Below, one piece after another: positions 15,417-15,632 of a stretch of 15,632 bases of DNA. Below the pieces are notes generated by a model, which did no database searches, was not told the origin of the DNA, and worked only from the letters and a program-made list of their open reading frames with translations. Source of the DNA: Thermoproteota archaeon (GTDB lineage: Archaea; Asgardarchaeota; Njordarchaeia; Njordarchaeales; Panguiarchaeaceae). The stretch is from assembly GCA_024720975.1 (NCBI GenBank), contig JANJXX010000013.1:1-15632 (forward strand). The letters run 5' to 3'. The translations under genes were made by a program, and so were the position numbers. How positions within the stretch are numbered: the first letter of the stretch is position 1; every line of letters begins with the position of its first letter.

Positions 15417-15632
15417 AGCCGGGCTATGTGACAAACATAGATTAAATGGTAAATTTTTTTTAAAGTTTAGGCATAAAGAGTTAATTACCCAACGAAGAAA
15501 ATAACTTACAAGTTTGGATGATATGCTCATAAGAAGCTTTATAAGTAAAATAAATAATTATAATACTACTAGTGGTACGCTAGTCCTCTACTTTTTGCAA
15601 CATTATAGAACTCTAACAAACTTTGGTAATTT

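Noticed and set aside
137-15504. Numerous antisense or nested ORFs in the track (e.g. 137-586, 651-956, 1605-1868, 1893-2216, 10040-10459, 11091-11498, 13470-13775, 14524-15078, 15262-15504)
   Set aside because: They lie opposite well-supported genes, show the Ser/Ile/Phe-rich composition typical of shadow frames and have no motifs.
191-15569. Recurring TAATACTAC in intergenic regions (191, 14231, 15561)
   Set aside because: It is short and AT-rich, also occurs inside coding sequence (about 9290), and has no consistent distance to starts.
1-15632. CRISPR array, tRNA/rRNA, transposase, integrase or defence-island genes
   Set aside because: I found no regularly spaced repeats, no GC-rich structured RNA segments and no mobile-element motifs. 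TatD here has ordinary housekeeping context, with no QueC or ATPase partners as in Qat-type systems.

Overview
AT-rich archaeal-looking chromosomal window. Evidence for archaeal origin: GGTGA Shine-Dalgarno motifs, TATA-like boxes about 25-27 nt before starts, heavy AGA/AGG/ATA codon use and archaeal-type protein variants; the lineage cannot be fixed from sequence alone. Gene order: 3' end of a probable winged-helix protein, SPFH/stomatin, short NfeD, GalK-like GHMP kinase (-), carbamate kinase (-), orphan FtsX/MacB-type permease, bPH_2 membrane protein, DtxR/MntR regulator with a ZnuABC-type metal ABC operon, dcd (-), class III RNR nrdD (-), RsmB/NOP2 m5C methyltransferase, TatD hydrolase and an unknown helical protein (-). 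I see no tRNA, rRNA, CRISPR array or transposase, and most of the window is recognisable housekeeping, so I cannot demonstrate a wholly new system. Best leads: (1) the metal-uptake operon, with tandem 17-bp palindromic operators over the SD and start codon, a Cys-rich DtxR and a binding protein lacking canonical ligands; (2) a thioredoxin-type NrdD with no ATP cone, coupled to dcd and with no adjacent activase; (3) a sugar kinase with an altered substrate motif; (4) clustering of three envelope-stress families; (5) possible pseudogene debris on both sides of the metal operon.
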